Under the pieces are notes generated by a model, which searched no databases, had not been told where the DNA came from, and saw only the letters and a program-made list of their open reading frames with translations. Of a DNA stretch of 64,000 nucleotides, positions 21,394-32,372 are shown in pieces; position 1 is the stretch's first letter; each line of letters opens with the position of its first letter. Both the position numbers and the translations under genes were made by a program. The stretch is from Chitinophagaceae bacterium (lineage in GTDB: Bacteria; Bacteroidota; Bacteroidia; Chitinophagales; Chitinophagaceae), in contig CANGTN010000005.1 in NCBI GenBank assembly GCA_947456805.1, forward strand, positions 1,594 to 65,593, read 5' to 3'.

Positions 21394-24036
21394 ATGAAAA
21401 GAATTTTTTTAATCACCGCACTGTTATTTTTTTATTACTCATCATTTGCCACTCATATAGCAGGCGGTGAATTGTATTATGAATATACTGGACCGGGAGT
21501 TGCAGCAAATTCAGCGAAGTACAAATTAACAATGAGATTGTTTAAAGAATGTAACTCATCTTCTGCAGTAAACTTGGCTACCGAGAATGTAACAATAGTA
21601 GTATACAATAATCCGGGTTTAACTTTTCAAAGATCGATAACACTTGTTTATAGTGCACCCCCTGCTTCACAAAATCCATTTCAAAATACCCCTGGCGCAA
21701 TCCCCTGTTTAACAGGAAATACCTCTTCGTGTTATCTCATTGGATTTTATACAGGAGAAATTGAATTGCCTTATACATTAAATGGATATACATTAGTTTG
21801 GACGAGATACACAAGAATGAATCCTATTGCAAATATTTCGGGTGCAGATTTAGGAGCAACATTTACCACCCAAATCCCCGGAATACAAGCATTACCCACC
21901 GGCAACAACAGTAGTCCAATTTTTAAATTGAAGGACACAATCATTGTTTGTAGGAATCAAAATCTAAATTTAGATTATGGAGCTGTTGACCCAGACGGCG
22001 ATTCGTTGTCATACAAATTTGTAAGTGCTTTTGATGGCTTTGGAGGGAGCGCCTCAAATCCTGCTCCTTTTAATTCTCCTGCTACTATACCATCAATTTT
22101 TCAATTGATTCCATTGAATTACAATAATCCTTATAGTGGCACAAGCCCATTGGGATCTAATGTTGTAATTAATAACAGTACAGGAGAAATAACCGGTGCA
22201 GCTCCTGCATCCCCTGGGAAATATGTAGTATGTGTTGCCATTGAAGAATGGCGCAATGGAGAAAAAATAAATGAACACCGCAAAGATTTTATTTTAACTA
22301 TTGGTGATTGCAGTGTTAATCAAACTTATCTTGGTCCAGATATAAAAACTTGTAATGGGATAACTTTTACTTTTATAAATGATACACAGGGCCAATTTAC
22401 AAGTTATGCCTGGTCATTGGGAGATGGAACAACATCAACATTACCAGTGGTAAACCATACGTATCAAGATACCGGCAGATTTCTGGTAAAACTAGTAGCT
22501 ACAAGCAGTTCCGGTTGTAAAGATTCTGCAACAAAATATGTTTACGTTTATCCCGGATTTATTCCTGCAATTAAAGTGGTAGGATCTTGTTATCAAACAC
22601 CCATAAAATTTTATGATTCTACAAAAACAGCTTATGGATTTGTAAATAGTTGGAAATGGGATTTTGGAGATCTCACAACCATTGCAGACACAGCTACAAG
22701 CAAAGATACTGCTTGGTTGTATCCATCATTTGGGTCATATGATGTAAAATTAATTGCTACCAATAGCAAGGGCTGTATTGATACCGTTACAAAAAATATT
22801 ATTGTCAGAGATAAACCAATCATCAATCTTCCGTTTAAGGATACATTGATTTGTACAATTGATACATTGGCATTAGTTGCAAATAGTTCGGGCACTTTTA
22901 GCTGGACTCCCAATTACAATATTATTAATCCAACATCGTCCAACCCTTTAGTTTATCCCAAAAACACAACAACTTATATAATAAAAGTAAATGATAATGG
23001 ATGTATCAATTCAGATTCAATCAAAGTCAATACACTTGAGTTCATTAAAGTAGATGCAGGACTTGATTCTGCCATTTGCCAAACAGATACTTTCAGATTA
23101 AGGCCAATCAGTGCAGCTTTGAGTTATTTGTGGACATCCTCTACGGGTGTGCCTGTTGACCCTATTAAATATCCATTGGTGCAACCATTTGTTAGTACAA
23201 AATATTATGTAAAAGCCAATTTAGGAAAATGCCAGGATAATGATTCTGTATTTATTAAAGTAGCCCCATATCCTAAAGTAAGTGTTGTAGATGTAAATCC
23301 TATTTGTTTTGGCAGTAAAGTACAATTGAATGCTTCCATCGTTGGGTCAAATTTTTACTGGACACCTACCAATTCTTTATTAAACCCTAATACATTAACT
23401 CCTGTTGCGGGCCCTAGTAAAACCACTAATTACATCATTACTTCGACGGATACATTAGGTTGTCCCAAGCCGGTAAGTGATACTATTACAGTCGTTGTAG
23501 TCCCTATTGTTACAGTTAATGCAGGAAAAGATACTGCTGTTGTGTTAAATCAACCATTACCACTTTTTGCATACACCAATGCAGCAGCTGGAAGTAAAGT
23601 CAAATGGTATCCATCAACAGGATTAAATTTTGATACAATTTATAATCCAATTACTATTTTGAATATTGGATCTGATTCTATAAAATACAAAGTTCGTGTT
23701 ACAACTTCTGAAGGTTGTTTTGGCGAAGATGAAATTGTAGTTCGTTTATTCAGAACTGAACCAGATATATTTATACCTACTGCATTTACACCAAACAGAG
23801 ATGGTAAAAATGATATTTTAAAACCAATATGTGTTGGAATTACAAAGCTTGATTATTTCCGGATTTATAATCGTTGGGGACAATTAATTTATGAAACGAA
23901 AGAGTTTGAAAATGGCTGGAACGGTTCATTTGGAGGTAAGGAACAAGCAAGTGGCACTTATGTTTTTATGGCTCAGGGAGTTGACTATTTGGGAAGGGTT
24001 GTTTTCAAAAAGGGAACTGCGGTATTAATAAGGTAG
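21394..24036 (+). CDS. T9SS type B cargo: large secreted adhesin-like protein (paralog 2)
   Basis: 880 aa, colinear with paralog 1 along the whole length (HIAGGELYYEY..., same repeat order). 68 of the last 94 residues are identical in my hand alignment. Confidence 0.85.
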   Translation: MKRIFLITALLFFYYSSFATHIAGGELYYEYTGPGVAANSAKYKLTMRLFKECNSSSAVNLATENVTIVVYNNPGLTFQRSITLVYSAPPASQNPFQNTPGAIPCLTGNTSSCYLIGFYTGEIELPYTLNGYTLVWTRYTRMNPIANISGADLGATFTTQIPGIQALPTGNNSSPIFKLKDTIIVCRNQNLNLDYGAVDPDGDSLSYKFVSAFDGFGGSASNPAPFNSPATIPSIFQLIPLNYNNPYSGTSPLGSNVVINNSTGEITGAAPASPGKYVVCVAIEEWRNGEKINEHRKDFILTIGDCSVNQTYLGPDIKTCNGITFTFINDTQGQFTSYAWSLGDGTTSTLPVVNHTYQDTGRFLVKLVATSSSGCKDSATKYVYVYPGFIPAIKVVGSCYQTPIKFYDSTKTAYGFVNSWKWDFGDLTTIADTATSKDTAWLYPSFGSYDVKLIATNSKGCIDTVTKNIIVRDKPIINLPFKDTLICTIDTLALVANSSGTFSWTPNYNIINPTSSNPLVYPKNTTTYIIKVNDNGCINSDSIKVNTLEFIKVDAGLDSAICQTDTFRLRPISAALSYLWTSSTGVPVDPIKYPLVQPFVSTKYYVKANLGKCQDNDSVFIKVAPYPKVSVVDVNPICFGSKVQLNASIVGSNFYWTPTNSLLNPNTLTPVAGPSKTTNYIITSTDTLGCPKPVSDTITVVVVPIVTVNAGKDTAVVLNQPLPLFAYTNAAAGSKVKWYPSTGLNFDTIYNPITILNIGSDSIKYKVRVTTSEGCFGEDEIVVRLFRTEPDIFIPTAFTPNRDGKNDILKPICVGITKLDYFRIYNRWGQLIYETKEFENGWNGSFGGKEQASGTYVFMAQGVDYLGRVVFKKGTAVLIR
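23752..24033 (+). other. T9SS type B C-terminal sorting domain of paralog 2
   Basis: RTEPDIFIPTAFTPNRDGKNDILKPICVGITKLDYFRIYNRWGQLIYE...GTAVLIR. Confidence 0.85.
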
Positions 24037-24268
24037 ACGTTGAATGAGAATGGTTGATAATAATATTTCAAACAAAATCAATCATCAATGTAGAAGTTTA
24101 AAACACGATTTCTTTAAAACTTATCTTATTAGGTAAAATGCTTAACAAGTTTATTATTTCTCTAGAAAATGAACATATCTCCGCTAAATAATTTCAAAGA
24201 ATTGTGAGTACCGCTAATATCTTCGTCTAAAATCTTACATCCAGTATCAAGCATCTAATAATAAGTTT

Positions 24269-25027
24269 ATGAGTAAAACAATCTTAATCACCGGCGCAAC
24301 TTCCGGTTTTGGAAAAGCAATTGCTGAAACATTTGCAGCAGCAAATTGGAAATGTATCATTACAGGTAGAAGAAAAGAAAAATTATTGGCTTTCGCTGAT
24401 GTGTTACAAAAAGACTTTGGTGTTGAAGTGCTGCCATTGGTGTTTGATGTTCAAAACAGAACAGCCGTTTTTGAAGTTATTGCAAGTATACCAAGCGAAT
24501 GGCAACACATTGATGTATTGGTAAATAATGCAGGACTTGCATTGGGCAGAGATAGTTTTGATGTTGCTGATATTGATGATTGGGATACAATGATTAATAC
24601 CAATGTAAAAGGATTATTGTATGTAAGCAAAGCAATTATGCCTTTGATGATTGCCAATAAAAAAGGTCACATCATAAATATTGGTTCTACTGCTGCAAAA
24701 GATATGTACCAGTTTGGAAATGTTTATTGTGGCACAAAAGCTGCTGTAGACGCCATCAGCCACACCATGAGAATTGATTTATTGCCCCATCAAATAAAAG
24801 TTACTGCAATTCATCCCGGAGCTGCAGAAACAGAATTTTCACTTGTAAGATTTAAGGGTGATGAAAGCAAAGCCAAACAAACTTACAATGGCTTCAAAGC
24901 TTTATCAGCAAAAGATGTTGCCGATACTGTTTATTATTGCGGCACATTACCCGAACATGTTTGTATTAATGATTTGGTAATTACCTGTACAGCACAAGCT
25001 GATGGAATTTATATCCACAAAACATAA
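24269..25027 (+). CDS. SDR-family NAD(P)-dependent oxidoreductase (YdfG-like)
   Basis: 252 aa. TGATSGFGKA, NNAG, YCGTKAAV (YxxxK). Confidence 0.85.
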   Translation: MSKTILITGATSGFGKAIAETFAAANWKCIITGRRKEKLLAFADVLQKDFGVEVLPLVFDVQNRTAVFEVIASIPSEWQHIDVLVNNAGLALGRDSFDVADIDDWDTMINTNVKGLLYVSKAIMPLMIANKKGHIINIGSTAAKDMYQFGNVYCGTKAAVDAISHTMRIDLLPHQIKVTAIHPGAAETEFSLVRFKGDESKAKQTYNGFKALSAKDVADTVYYCGTLPEHVCINDLVITCTAQADGIYIHKT

Positions 25028-25049
25028 GTTTCTATCTTAAAAAATAATT

Positions 25050-28000
25050 TTAAGGTGCTAAAGAAATTCTGATTTGCAATCCTGCTCTTGTATTGATTGT
25101 TGGAGCAGCTGTAGAGATATATGGTGTTACTCTTCGCTGATCAAAAAATAGTTTTAAGTTCAATCTGTTGTTCAAAACATAATCAATACTTGGTTGTATG
25201 GTAATTACTTTTTGTCCGCCTGTTCCATATGCAGTTGCCTGATCCAATCTGCTGTTGCTTGTGGCATCATCCCTCATAGAAAGATCCAATTTGAAATTGA
25301 TATCATTCTCCAATTTCTTATTTTTCATGCCCGGCAATTTAAACGGTAATGAGAATCCTTTTTTACGCCAACCCGCACCAATTACCCATTCAGTGCCCCT
25401 TGTTTCACTTAATTGATAATCAACTAAACTCAAACTTAGGGTTCTGCTTTTCTTATATTCAAACTTAATATTTACCTGGCTAATAGTAGTAATATCAATT
25501 CCAATAAAAGGAGCAAACTGTTCCTGAATGGTAATATTAGGAACTAAGAAAAACGGAACATAATTAAGACTTACCGTATCAAAAAATTGTGGCGAGCCAT
25601 AACGAAAAGGATCTCTGTATAATAATGCGCTGTTATAACTATTCATACTCAATGTCCCATTATATGCGTGAGACAATGAAATAGTACTAAATGTTTTTGC
25701 TAACGCAGGGATTTTACTCAATCCCGTGTAAGTGGCTCTCCAGTTGGGTTTTGGAATAATTCCACTAAATGGATTTGAACGAACTGTACTATTGTTTTGA
25801 TTTAACAATGAAACACTATTAATATCTTTTTTTGTATATGCTGCAATGAAAGAAGGTATCAAAACATCTTGTGCATAACGACCATATCCTTTGGCATAAC
25901 CATCAGGAGCAAACTTTTCACTGGCAGGTAAGCCTTGCCAATAAGGATTTGTTTCAGCAACTCGTTTACTTGTTATTATTCTGTAATCTTGAAAGCGTTT
26001 GAATGTTTGTGAAACTTCATTTGGATTACTGTTTTCAAACAAAGTACTGAAAGCAATGTAGCTTACACTAAAACCGCCACTTGCAAAAGGATTCAAATGT
26101 TCTCGTCTTCCCGTTCCTCCTGAAGTGGTGTCTTTAAATAATTCAGAATACTCTTTGCTGAAAGTTTTATCTAAATTTATATCAATTATAAATTCTTTAA
26201 TAGGTTCAATTTGCGCAGTGATACTTAATTTCTGTTCAAAATTTTGTCTGAATAAACTATTGTACAAAGTGTCTTTTGACAACAAGCCTTGAGCATTTTT
26301 CTTATTCAACCAATTCGTATCCGGCTGTTTTCCAAAAACATAATCTAAGCCGGGTTGCATACTTTTGAAATTATTGCCAATGTATTTTGTGCTATCCATG
26401 TAACCCGGTAAACGGCTCTTGTAATTTTCACCATAGTTTACAGATACTCTTTTAAGCATTGTAATTATTTTGCCTCCTGCCCTTACAGCATCATTCAACT
26501 CGATAGGTGTATTTTGTTTTTGTAATTGTGCAGCTATTCTTGCATCACGTTTTTGTTGCCTCCATTTTTTTATTGCAGCAATTCTTTTTTCACCAGTTAA
26601 TCCTTTGGTAACTTCAGCTTTTGTTTTAATTGCAATTGTTGTCAATGATGTATTTTCTGCTTTACCTTTCTTTTTATCAGTACCTCTATCTTGCGTTGTT
26701 TTAGACCTAGGGGCAGGAATATTATCAATAGCACGTAACCATCTTGACTTGTTATATAATCTTGAAAAATCAAATTCACCATTGATTAAATTTTCCTGAC
26801 TGTTTTCTAAAGTATTACCAAGTGAAAGTGCAATTCTGCTTGCGCCAATCCAGTTGTATGTAGTGGTGTAGCTGTATCTTGCATTAATCCAATCCGTTAA
26901 TGGAAATTTACTTAAAGGCAAAGTATAAGCCAATGTTGCTTTCTGATTATACAAAGTATTTCTTCCTCCATTCCAAAAATTATTCTTTACTGAATCTCTT
27001 TTCAATTTTGTATCCAACATTCCGTCTGGTTCATCTACCCTAGCATTGTTGGTTGCAGTAAAATCAATATTGAGTGATTTGGATAAATCCCAACGCATAT
27101 TGTAAAATCTATCAAACGTAAAATATTTATCGTATGTAGTATCAACTCTTTCCAATTTTCCTGTGCCGTCTGTATTTACAATTCGTGGAATAAATTGCCC
27201 AAATTGTCTGTTAATGTCGGCTCTAAAACTCAATAAAGACGGCTGTAAATTAAAATTAAAATCTCTTACTAAATTGTACCAATTACTTTTTCTTTTTTGT
27301 AATAATTTTTTAAATGGTTCAATATATTTTGACTGCTTATTAAATGTATAACCGAAGCCACCTCTTTGTTTGGTAACTTCGTTTTTTAATACAATCGGAC
27401 TGCTTTGTTCCATTTTTGTGTATGAGTAGCTCAAATCCAAATTACTCAAACTCCATAAACGTTGTTTGCCATTGCCTTGCACTCTTACGTTGGTAACATT
27501 AAAGGTTTTTATGGTAGATTGATCTAATGCTGTATTCCTGATAGAATCTTTCTTTTCCTGGCTTCCGGCATTATTTATTTTATCGGTATACTTCACGTCT
27601 TTATCGTAAGGATCATACTCGGGCTTACGAATCGTTTTGTTGATGCTAGTATAAATTGGAATACTGATTTTAGCTTTTTTAGGAACTAATTTTCCTGCAT
27701 CAATGGTTGCTGCAGCATCTATCTGAAACAGATTATCCCTTGCTCTTTCATTTACTCTTTGTTCAATTGTCCCAAAGCCTTGTGTATACGTATTGGCTGA
27801 AACGCTTACACTTCCTAAGTCTGCAAGCTGCATATCAACTCTTCCCAATGCTGCGTAGGCACCACGTTCATCTAATTGTGACAACCGTAATTCATTGATC
27901 CAAACTTCTGCACTTATTGGAAATGTATTGTTGTCCTTAGCATTTTCGACGCCAATTAAAATGCCTCTTACTTCTCCTAAATTAGGATTGCCATAAACTG

Positions 28001-31000
28001 AAATTGTCTTATTATCTAATTTTTCTCTATAAATATTATTCAATGGCAGCCCTGCTGCATTACGTCTTAATTTGAGGTTAATCAAATCTTTCAAACTAAA
28101 ATCAAGGTTGTTTTCAGCTGGCCAAACTTTTATTGATGAAGAATCATTGGAGTTGTATCTTCCTGGTAATGTAACTTTTAAAGGGATTTTTACTTCATAA
28201 TAATTATTCAAAAAATCTTGCCCTATTCTAAATACTGCATTAAGTTCATTGTCTTTCACAGCAGCACTTTTTGCGACACTTTCAGCATGAACAAACATGG
28301 ACAGTTTCCCATACTGACGCATATCTAAATTCAATGTTTTAAATACACCTCTGCTTTCACCGTCGACTAAATTCAATGTACGCAAACTCATGGATTGTTC
28401 GTTTTGCAAAAGATTAATACCATTGTTGCTAAGTAATTGTACACGTTCAATACCCGGAGGCATTACATAGTTTACGGGAGTGCGGCTGCTGTTTTCTTCA
28501 AGGTTCACAGCCAGTACATTAAAGTTGCTGTTATCCACTTTTGTATATGATGCAGTGGTGTCAATTTTGAAAGTAAAATTTCTCCACTGGTTGCGAACCA
28601 GATCAAATCTTGCAAAACGCATTACAACACTGTCTTCAAAATCTGACAAATACATTCTTGCAAAACGAATAGATTTAAAGTCGGTAATGTTGCCTACATT
28701 TTTTGTATAATCTTTTATAGGAACTCTGAATAAATACCAATTTTCTTGACCTACAGATCCATTTGCATAAGTAACGTTTACAACTCTTTTATCTGTAACA
28801 TATTTGGTTGTACCAACATTCATGTTTTGTGTTAAATCAATTTGATACTCATAATAAGCTTCCGTTTCATTCAAAGTATTATCTCTATTCAAATCTTCGT
28901 TATCGGGATACAATGTTGAAGCAGCAGATAATGAACTATTGGTACTTGCAACCGGCGAGTTACCACTTGGGTTATTGAAGTTTTTATAACGTTGTAAAAT
29001 GCCTGCTCCTGTTGCGTCATAACCCGCATCTCTATACCATACATAATTATCGTTTGATGGATCTGCCAATGCTTTTTGATACACAGGTGATGAAGTGCCA
29101 AAAGAGTTTTTCAGTTTTTCTAAATAATAATTTTTTACTACTCTTTCGCTGTCATCGGTCAATCCGTCAAAACCTACGTCTTGATAAGGTCTGTCTGCAG
29201 GATCATTACTAAATGCTTGTGTAACCTGAATTGGATTAATAGGTTGTTTACCCCATATACTGCTGCTTGTAACTGCAGGGATATTAGGCGATGGTAATCC
29301 GTTTTCATAAAAACGTTTTCCGTCTTTTAAAATATCTTCACTGATATTTCCAAAATTTAAAAACAATTTTCCCGATGCATTTGGGTTGGTATTTTTTATA
29401 AAAGGATCTTGAACCCAAAACTCAACATATTCTACATTGCCTGTTTCAAAATCCGTTTGATCAATGTTACGCATAATACCGCCCCATCTTTGTTTGGGGT
29501 TGGTAAGTTTGCCGTTTGCATTAAGTTGTGTGTTATTACTTAAAAAATTGTATGGTCCTTTTTCTGTTGGGTAATATGCCAAATCAAAAGTAAAGGCTTG
29601 AACATTAGTGATATTAGTAGTTGTGTTAGGGAAAAGTTCATTGGTATAAACTTGTCTTACCCTTGGGTCACTCAATGCATTTAAATCTCTTCTTAACGGG
29701 TTATTAGGAGCATTTTTATCTTGAAGTGTTGGTTCAATATTATACCAGGCAACTTTTGCTCGATTGAAATTATAATCAATAGAATCTTTTAATGCCGCTT
29801 CAGCAAATCCTCCTGTAGGAGTAGAAGCCAAGGTCCAGGCAATAGCAGGGAATCTAAGATCCAAACTGTTTCTTGTTCCTTCAAAATCATCAACATAAAT
29901 CAAACCTTGATCACCACTTCCAATTTGTTTTGGATGACCTGGTTTTAAATAAGCGCCTTCACCATATGCAGTAATTGAACTTGGTGCTTTGGTTGAATAA
30001 AAAGGTAGTTTATTCAAAGCCCTTGTAAGACCTGGCCATTGGCTTTGATAACTAAAATCAACACCATACATCGTGTTGCGAATTGGGTCTTCACCATAAT
30101 TCATTTTAGTAAAAAAAGGCCTTTCACCTAAACGAACCATAGAAGCCCCAATACTTAATTTTTTGTTTGCAATATAGTCGGCACGCAGTCCCAAAAATCC
30201 ACGCTGCTGCATTCCAAATCCTGCATTGTTTTCATAAGAAACACTAACAGGAATTCCGGAATTTAAAATAGCTTGGTTGATTATTTTTACACTTCCTAAA
30301 TTGTAATCAATGGTAAAGTCTCTACCCTCTGTTAATGCTTGCCCTCCACTTGTTACTCTTACACTTCCTTGCGGGATATTAAATGCACCCAAATAGATAT
30401 CACTACCCCCACTTCCTTTTGCCTGACCTTGCATTACAAATCGGCTAAAGTTGGCATAAGTTTGTGCAATAGCTTTAATACTATCGTACAATTGACGATA
30501 AATATATTTGTCTTTAATTGCTGGTGCAACTCCAGCAAATGCTAATTTTTCTAGGTCTCTGCCAAAAGGCTCTAGTACTGGAAAAATTACTTTTCCTTGT
30601 TGTGATAAAATGGTAAAACCTTCAATATAATCAAATACGCCATCTGGTTGCGGGTCATTTCTGTTATTTAAACGATCTAGATTGAGTATTCGTAGCAATG
30701 GTTGTCCCTCAACTGCTGAGGATGTTTCAGGTAAATATCTTTTTAAGCCACCACTGGGTTCTTCGTATAAGACATTTAATTTAAAATCTTCTCTGCTTAC
30801 ACCGGGCAAATCCAATGAATACACATTTTTCATCATTAAATTCCAGATAGGTAAATTCGTCCTTGCTGATGTTGCTTTTAAAAGCTTTAAATACAATACT
30901 TTTTGCACACCTTGTGTAGAATCCAATGCAATATCCTGGCTAAATTCACCCACTTGATATACTTTACCATTGTAAGTATATTGATAAGCCATTCCTAAAA

Positions 31001-32333
31001 CTTCATCGGGCTGTAATTGTGTATTGATTGAAATAAAACCAATTTGCGGATTGAAATAATATTCGTTTGCAGTTAACTTTCTCGCGTAAGTTTTTTCAAA
31101 ATCATCAACTGGTTTCAATCCTAAATCTTGTAATTGTCCGGTAACCATTGAAGGGCTTCTGAAATTTTTTACGTTAGCATATAAATTATTTGTTCCGTTC
31201 TCTGGCCTTGTATTACTTGTTAAAGCTGTTATTATAGGGTTTGCTGGATTTACCTCACCCAAATCTGCAAGCCCAATAACATCACGTGCATCTGTAGTTG
31301 CACCTGTACGATTGGTAATCCATACTTCTACTCTTTGAATTTGAACCTGACTATTTACCAAGGGCAGACTCCTCATAGCAGTATTGAAATTGTTCCTAAA
31401 ATATTGCCCCATTAAAAAGTGTCTATTCTCTTCATAGTCATCCAACTTTTTTTGAAATTGTGTTGTAGCAGCACCTCCTTGTAAATTCTGACTTTGTCTT
31501 AAACTGCGTTGATTGGCAATAGCTGCAGTAAAAAATAATTTACCAAATTGTAATTGTGTTTTTGCACCAAATAAATTTTGTGTACTTGGTATCAAGGTTC
31601 CTTTACTCTGCCAGGAAATATTTCCGGCTTCTACACTTTTCAAAATCTCATCATCCATTCCTTTGTAATCAAATTTCAGTTGATTTTCAAAATCAAAGTT
31701 GGCAAGGGTATTCCAGTTAATTGGTAGTTTAAGTTTATCGCCAATATTTGCATTTACATTTAAGTTGGCGTTCATATCAAAATCAAAGCCACCATTTTTT
31801 CTTGCAGCTTCCGGTAGCGTTGGGTTTTTAGTAACTTGACCTTGATAGCCCGCCAAAATATCTACCGACCCTTGTGGTTTAATATCTACTTTAAATCCAT
31901 TCTTACCAACTCCAAAAATTCTATCAAATAATTTGTCAAACACTTTCATTTTGGGTCTTACCACTTTTCTATTTAAAGTTGTAATTGCCTGAGATCTTTT
32001 TTTAAAATAATCTATTTCTGCATTTCTTCCTTGTATTCGTTGAAATTCACTAAAAGTTAAGAAAGTTGGTTTTCTGTATTGCTTGCCACCAATAGTTTCT
32101 ACAATATAATATTGCTTTGTCTTTGGGTCGTACTGAATATCCTGTTTGATTAATGAAGTATCTCTAAGTGAAAAAGGATTTCTGTTGGACCAAGTGTAAA
32201 TATCGCCTCGCCTGTCTTGTATGGGATAACGCAATGAATCTTTTTGTTGGGCAGCAACCAATTGACTAATGCATGCACATGCAAAAGTGATGAATAAAAA
32301 GTGATATTTATTTTTAAAAAAAGAGTGATTCAA
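25050..32333 (-). CDS. sprA: T9SS translocon / cell-surface gliding protein SprA (Sov homolog)
   Basis: 2427-aa ORF with signal peptide. N-terminal LRYPIQDRRGD...NPFSLRDT region and overall size and beta-rich composition are typical of SprA. It lies directly downstream of ruvA, an arrangement I recall from other Bacteroidota. Confidence 0.85.
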   Translation of the reverse strand: MNHSFFKNKYHFLFITFACACISQLVAAQQKDSLRYPIQDRRGDIYTWSNRNPFSLRDTSLIKQDIQYDPKTKQYYIVETIGGKQYRKPTFLTFSEFQRIQGRNAEIDYFKKRSQAITTLNRKVVRPKMKVFDKLFDRIFGVGKNGFKVDIKPQGSVDILAGYQGQVTKNPTLPEAARKNGGFDFDMNANLNVNANIGDKLKLPINWNTLANFDFENQLKFDYKGMDDEILKSVEAGNISWQSKGTLIPSTQNLFGAKTQLQFGKLFFTAAIANQRSLRQSQNLQGGAATTQFQKKLDDYEENRHFLMGQYFRNNFNTAMRSLPLVNSQVQIQRVEVWITNRTGATTDARDVIGLADLGEVNPANPIITALTSNTRPENGTNNLYANVKNFRSPSMVTGQLQDLGLKPVDDFEKTYARKLTANEYYFNPQIGFISINTQLQPDEVLGMAYQYTYNGKVYQVGEFSQDIALDSTQGVQKVLYLKLLKATSARTNLPIWNLMMKNVYSLDLPGVSREDFKLNVLYEEPSGGLKRYLPETSSAVEGQPLLRILNLDRLNNRNDPQPDGVFDYIEGFTILSQQGKVIFPVLEPFGRDLEKLAFAGVAPAIKDKYIYRQLYDSIKAIAQTYANFSRFVMQGQAKGSGGSDIYLGAFNIPQGSVRVTSGGQALTEGRDFTIDYNLGSVKIINQAILNSGIPVSVSYENNAGFGMQQRGFLGLRADYIANKKLSIGASMVRLGERPFFTKMNYGEDPIRNTMYGVDFSYQSQWPGLTRALNKLPFYSTKAPSSITAYGEGAYLKPGHPKQIGSGDQGLIYVDDFEGTRNSLDLRFPAIAWTLASTPTGGFAEAALKDSIDYNFNRAKVAWYNIEPTLQDKNAPNNPLRRDLNALSDPRVRQVYTNELFPNTTTNITNVQAFTFDLAYYPTEKGPYNFLSNNTQLNANGKLTNPKQRWGGIMRNIDQTDFETGNVEYVEFWVQDPFIKNTNPNASGKLFLNFGNISEDILKDGKRFYENGLPSPNIPAVTSSSIWGKQPINPIQVTQAFSNDPADRPYQDVGFDGLTDDSERVVKNYYLEKLKNSFGTSSPVYQKALADPSNDNYVWYRDAGYDATGAGILQRYKNFNNPSGNSPVASTNSSLSAASTLYPDNEDLNRDNTLNETEAYYEYQIDLTQNMNVGTTKYVTDKRVVNVTYANGSVGQENWYLFRVPIKDYTKNVGNITDFKSIRFARMYLSDFEDSVVMRFARFDLVRNQWRNFTFKIDTTASYTKVDNSNFNVLAVNLEENSSRTPVNYVMPPGIERVQLLSNNGINLLQNEQSMSLRTLNLVDGESRGVFKTLNLDMRQYGKLSMFVHAESVAKSAAVKDNELNAVFRIGQDFLNNYYEVKIPLKVTLPGRYNSNDSSSIKVWPAENNLDFSLKDLINLKLRRNAAGLPLNNIYREKLDNKTISVYGNPNLGEVRGILIGVENAKDNNTFPISAEVWINELRLSQLDERGAYAALGRVDMQLADLGSVSVSANTYTQGFGTIEQRVNERARDNLFQIDAAATIDAGKLVPKKAKISIPIYTSINKTIRKPEYDPYDKDVKYTDKINNAGSQEKKDSIRNTALDQSTIKTFNVTNVRVQGNGKQRLWSLSNLDLSYSYTKMEQSSPIVLKNEVTKQRGGFGYTFNKQSKYIEPFKKLLQKRKSNWYNLVRDFNFNLQPSLLSFRADINRQFGQFIPRIVNTDGTGKLERVDTTYDKYFTFDRFYNMRWDLSKSLNIDFTATNNARVDEPDGMLDTKLKRDSVKNNFWNGGRNTLYNQKATLAYTLPLSKFPLTDWINARYSYTTTYNWIGASRIALSLGNTLENSQENLINGEFDFSRLYNKSRWLRAIDNIPAPRSKTTQDRGTDKKKGKAENTSLTTIAIKTKAEVTKGLTGEKRIAAIKKWRQQKRDARIAAQLQKQNTPIELNDAVRAGGKIITMLKRVSVNYGENYKSRLPGYMDSTKYIGNNFKSMQPGLDYVFGKQPDTNWLNKKNAQGLLSKDTLYNSLFRQNFEQKLSITAQIEPIKEFIIDINLDKTFSKEYSELFKDTTSGGTGRREHLNPFASGGFSVSYIAFSTLFENSNPNEVSQTFKRFQDYRIITSKRVAETNPYWQGLPASEKFAPDGYAKGYGRYAQDVLIPSFIAAYTKKDINSVSLLNQNNSTVRSNPFSGIIPKPNWRATYTGLSKIPALAKTFSTISLSHAYNGTLSMNSYNSALLYRDPFRYGSPQFFDTVSLNYVPFFLVPNITIQEQFAPFIGIDITTISQVNIKFEYKKSRTLSLSLVDYQLSETRGTEWVIGAGWRKKGFSLPFKLPGMKNKKLENDINFKLDLSMRDDATSNSRLDQATAYGTGGQKVITIQPSIDYVLNNRLNLKLFFDQRRVTPYISTAAPTINTRAGLQIRISLAP

Positions 32334-32372
32334 AGCAGTAGGCCTTAGTTAAGTAGAGATTTAGCCGATAAG

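Noticed and set aside
24162-24254. 30-codon ORF on the minus strand (MLDTGCKILDEDISGTHNSLKLFSGDMFIF) in the 232-nt spacer between the second type-B cargo gene and the SDR gene. Also a 34-codon ORF at 42371-42475.
   Set aside because: No promoter box, no recognisable motif and no hydrophobic or Cys pattern typical of toxins or RiPPs. Their size is within chance expectation, so I do not call them as genes.
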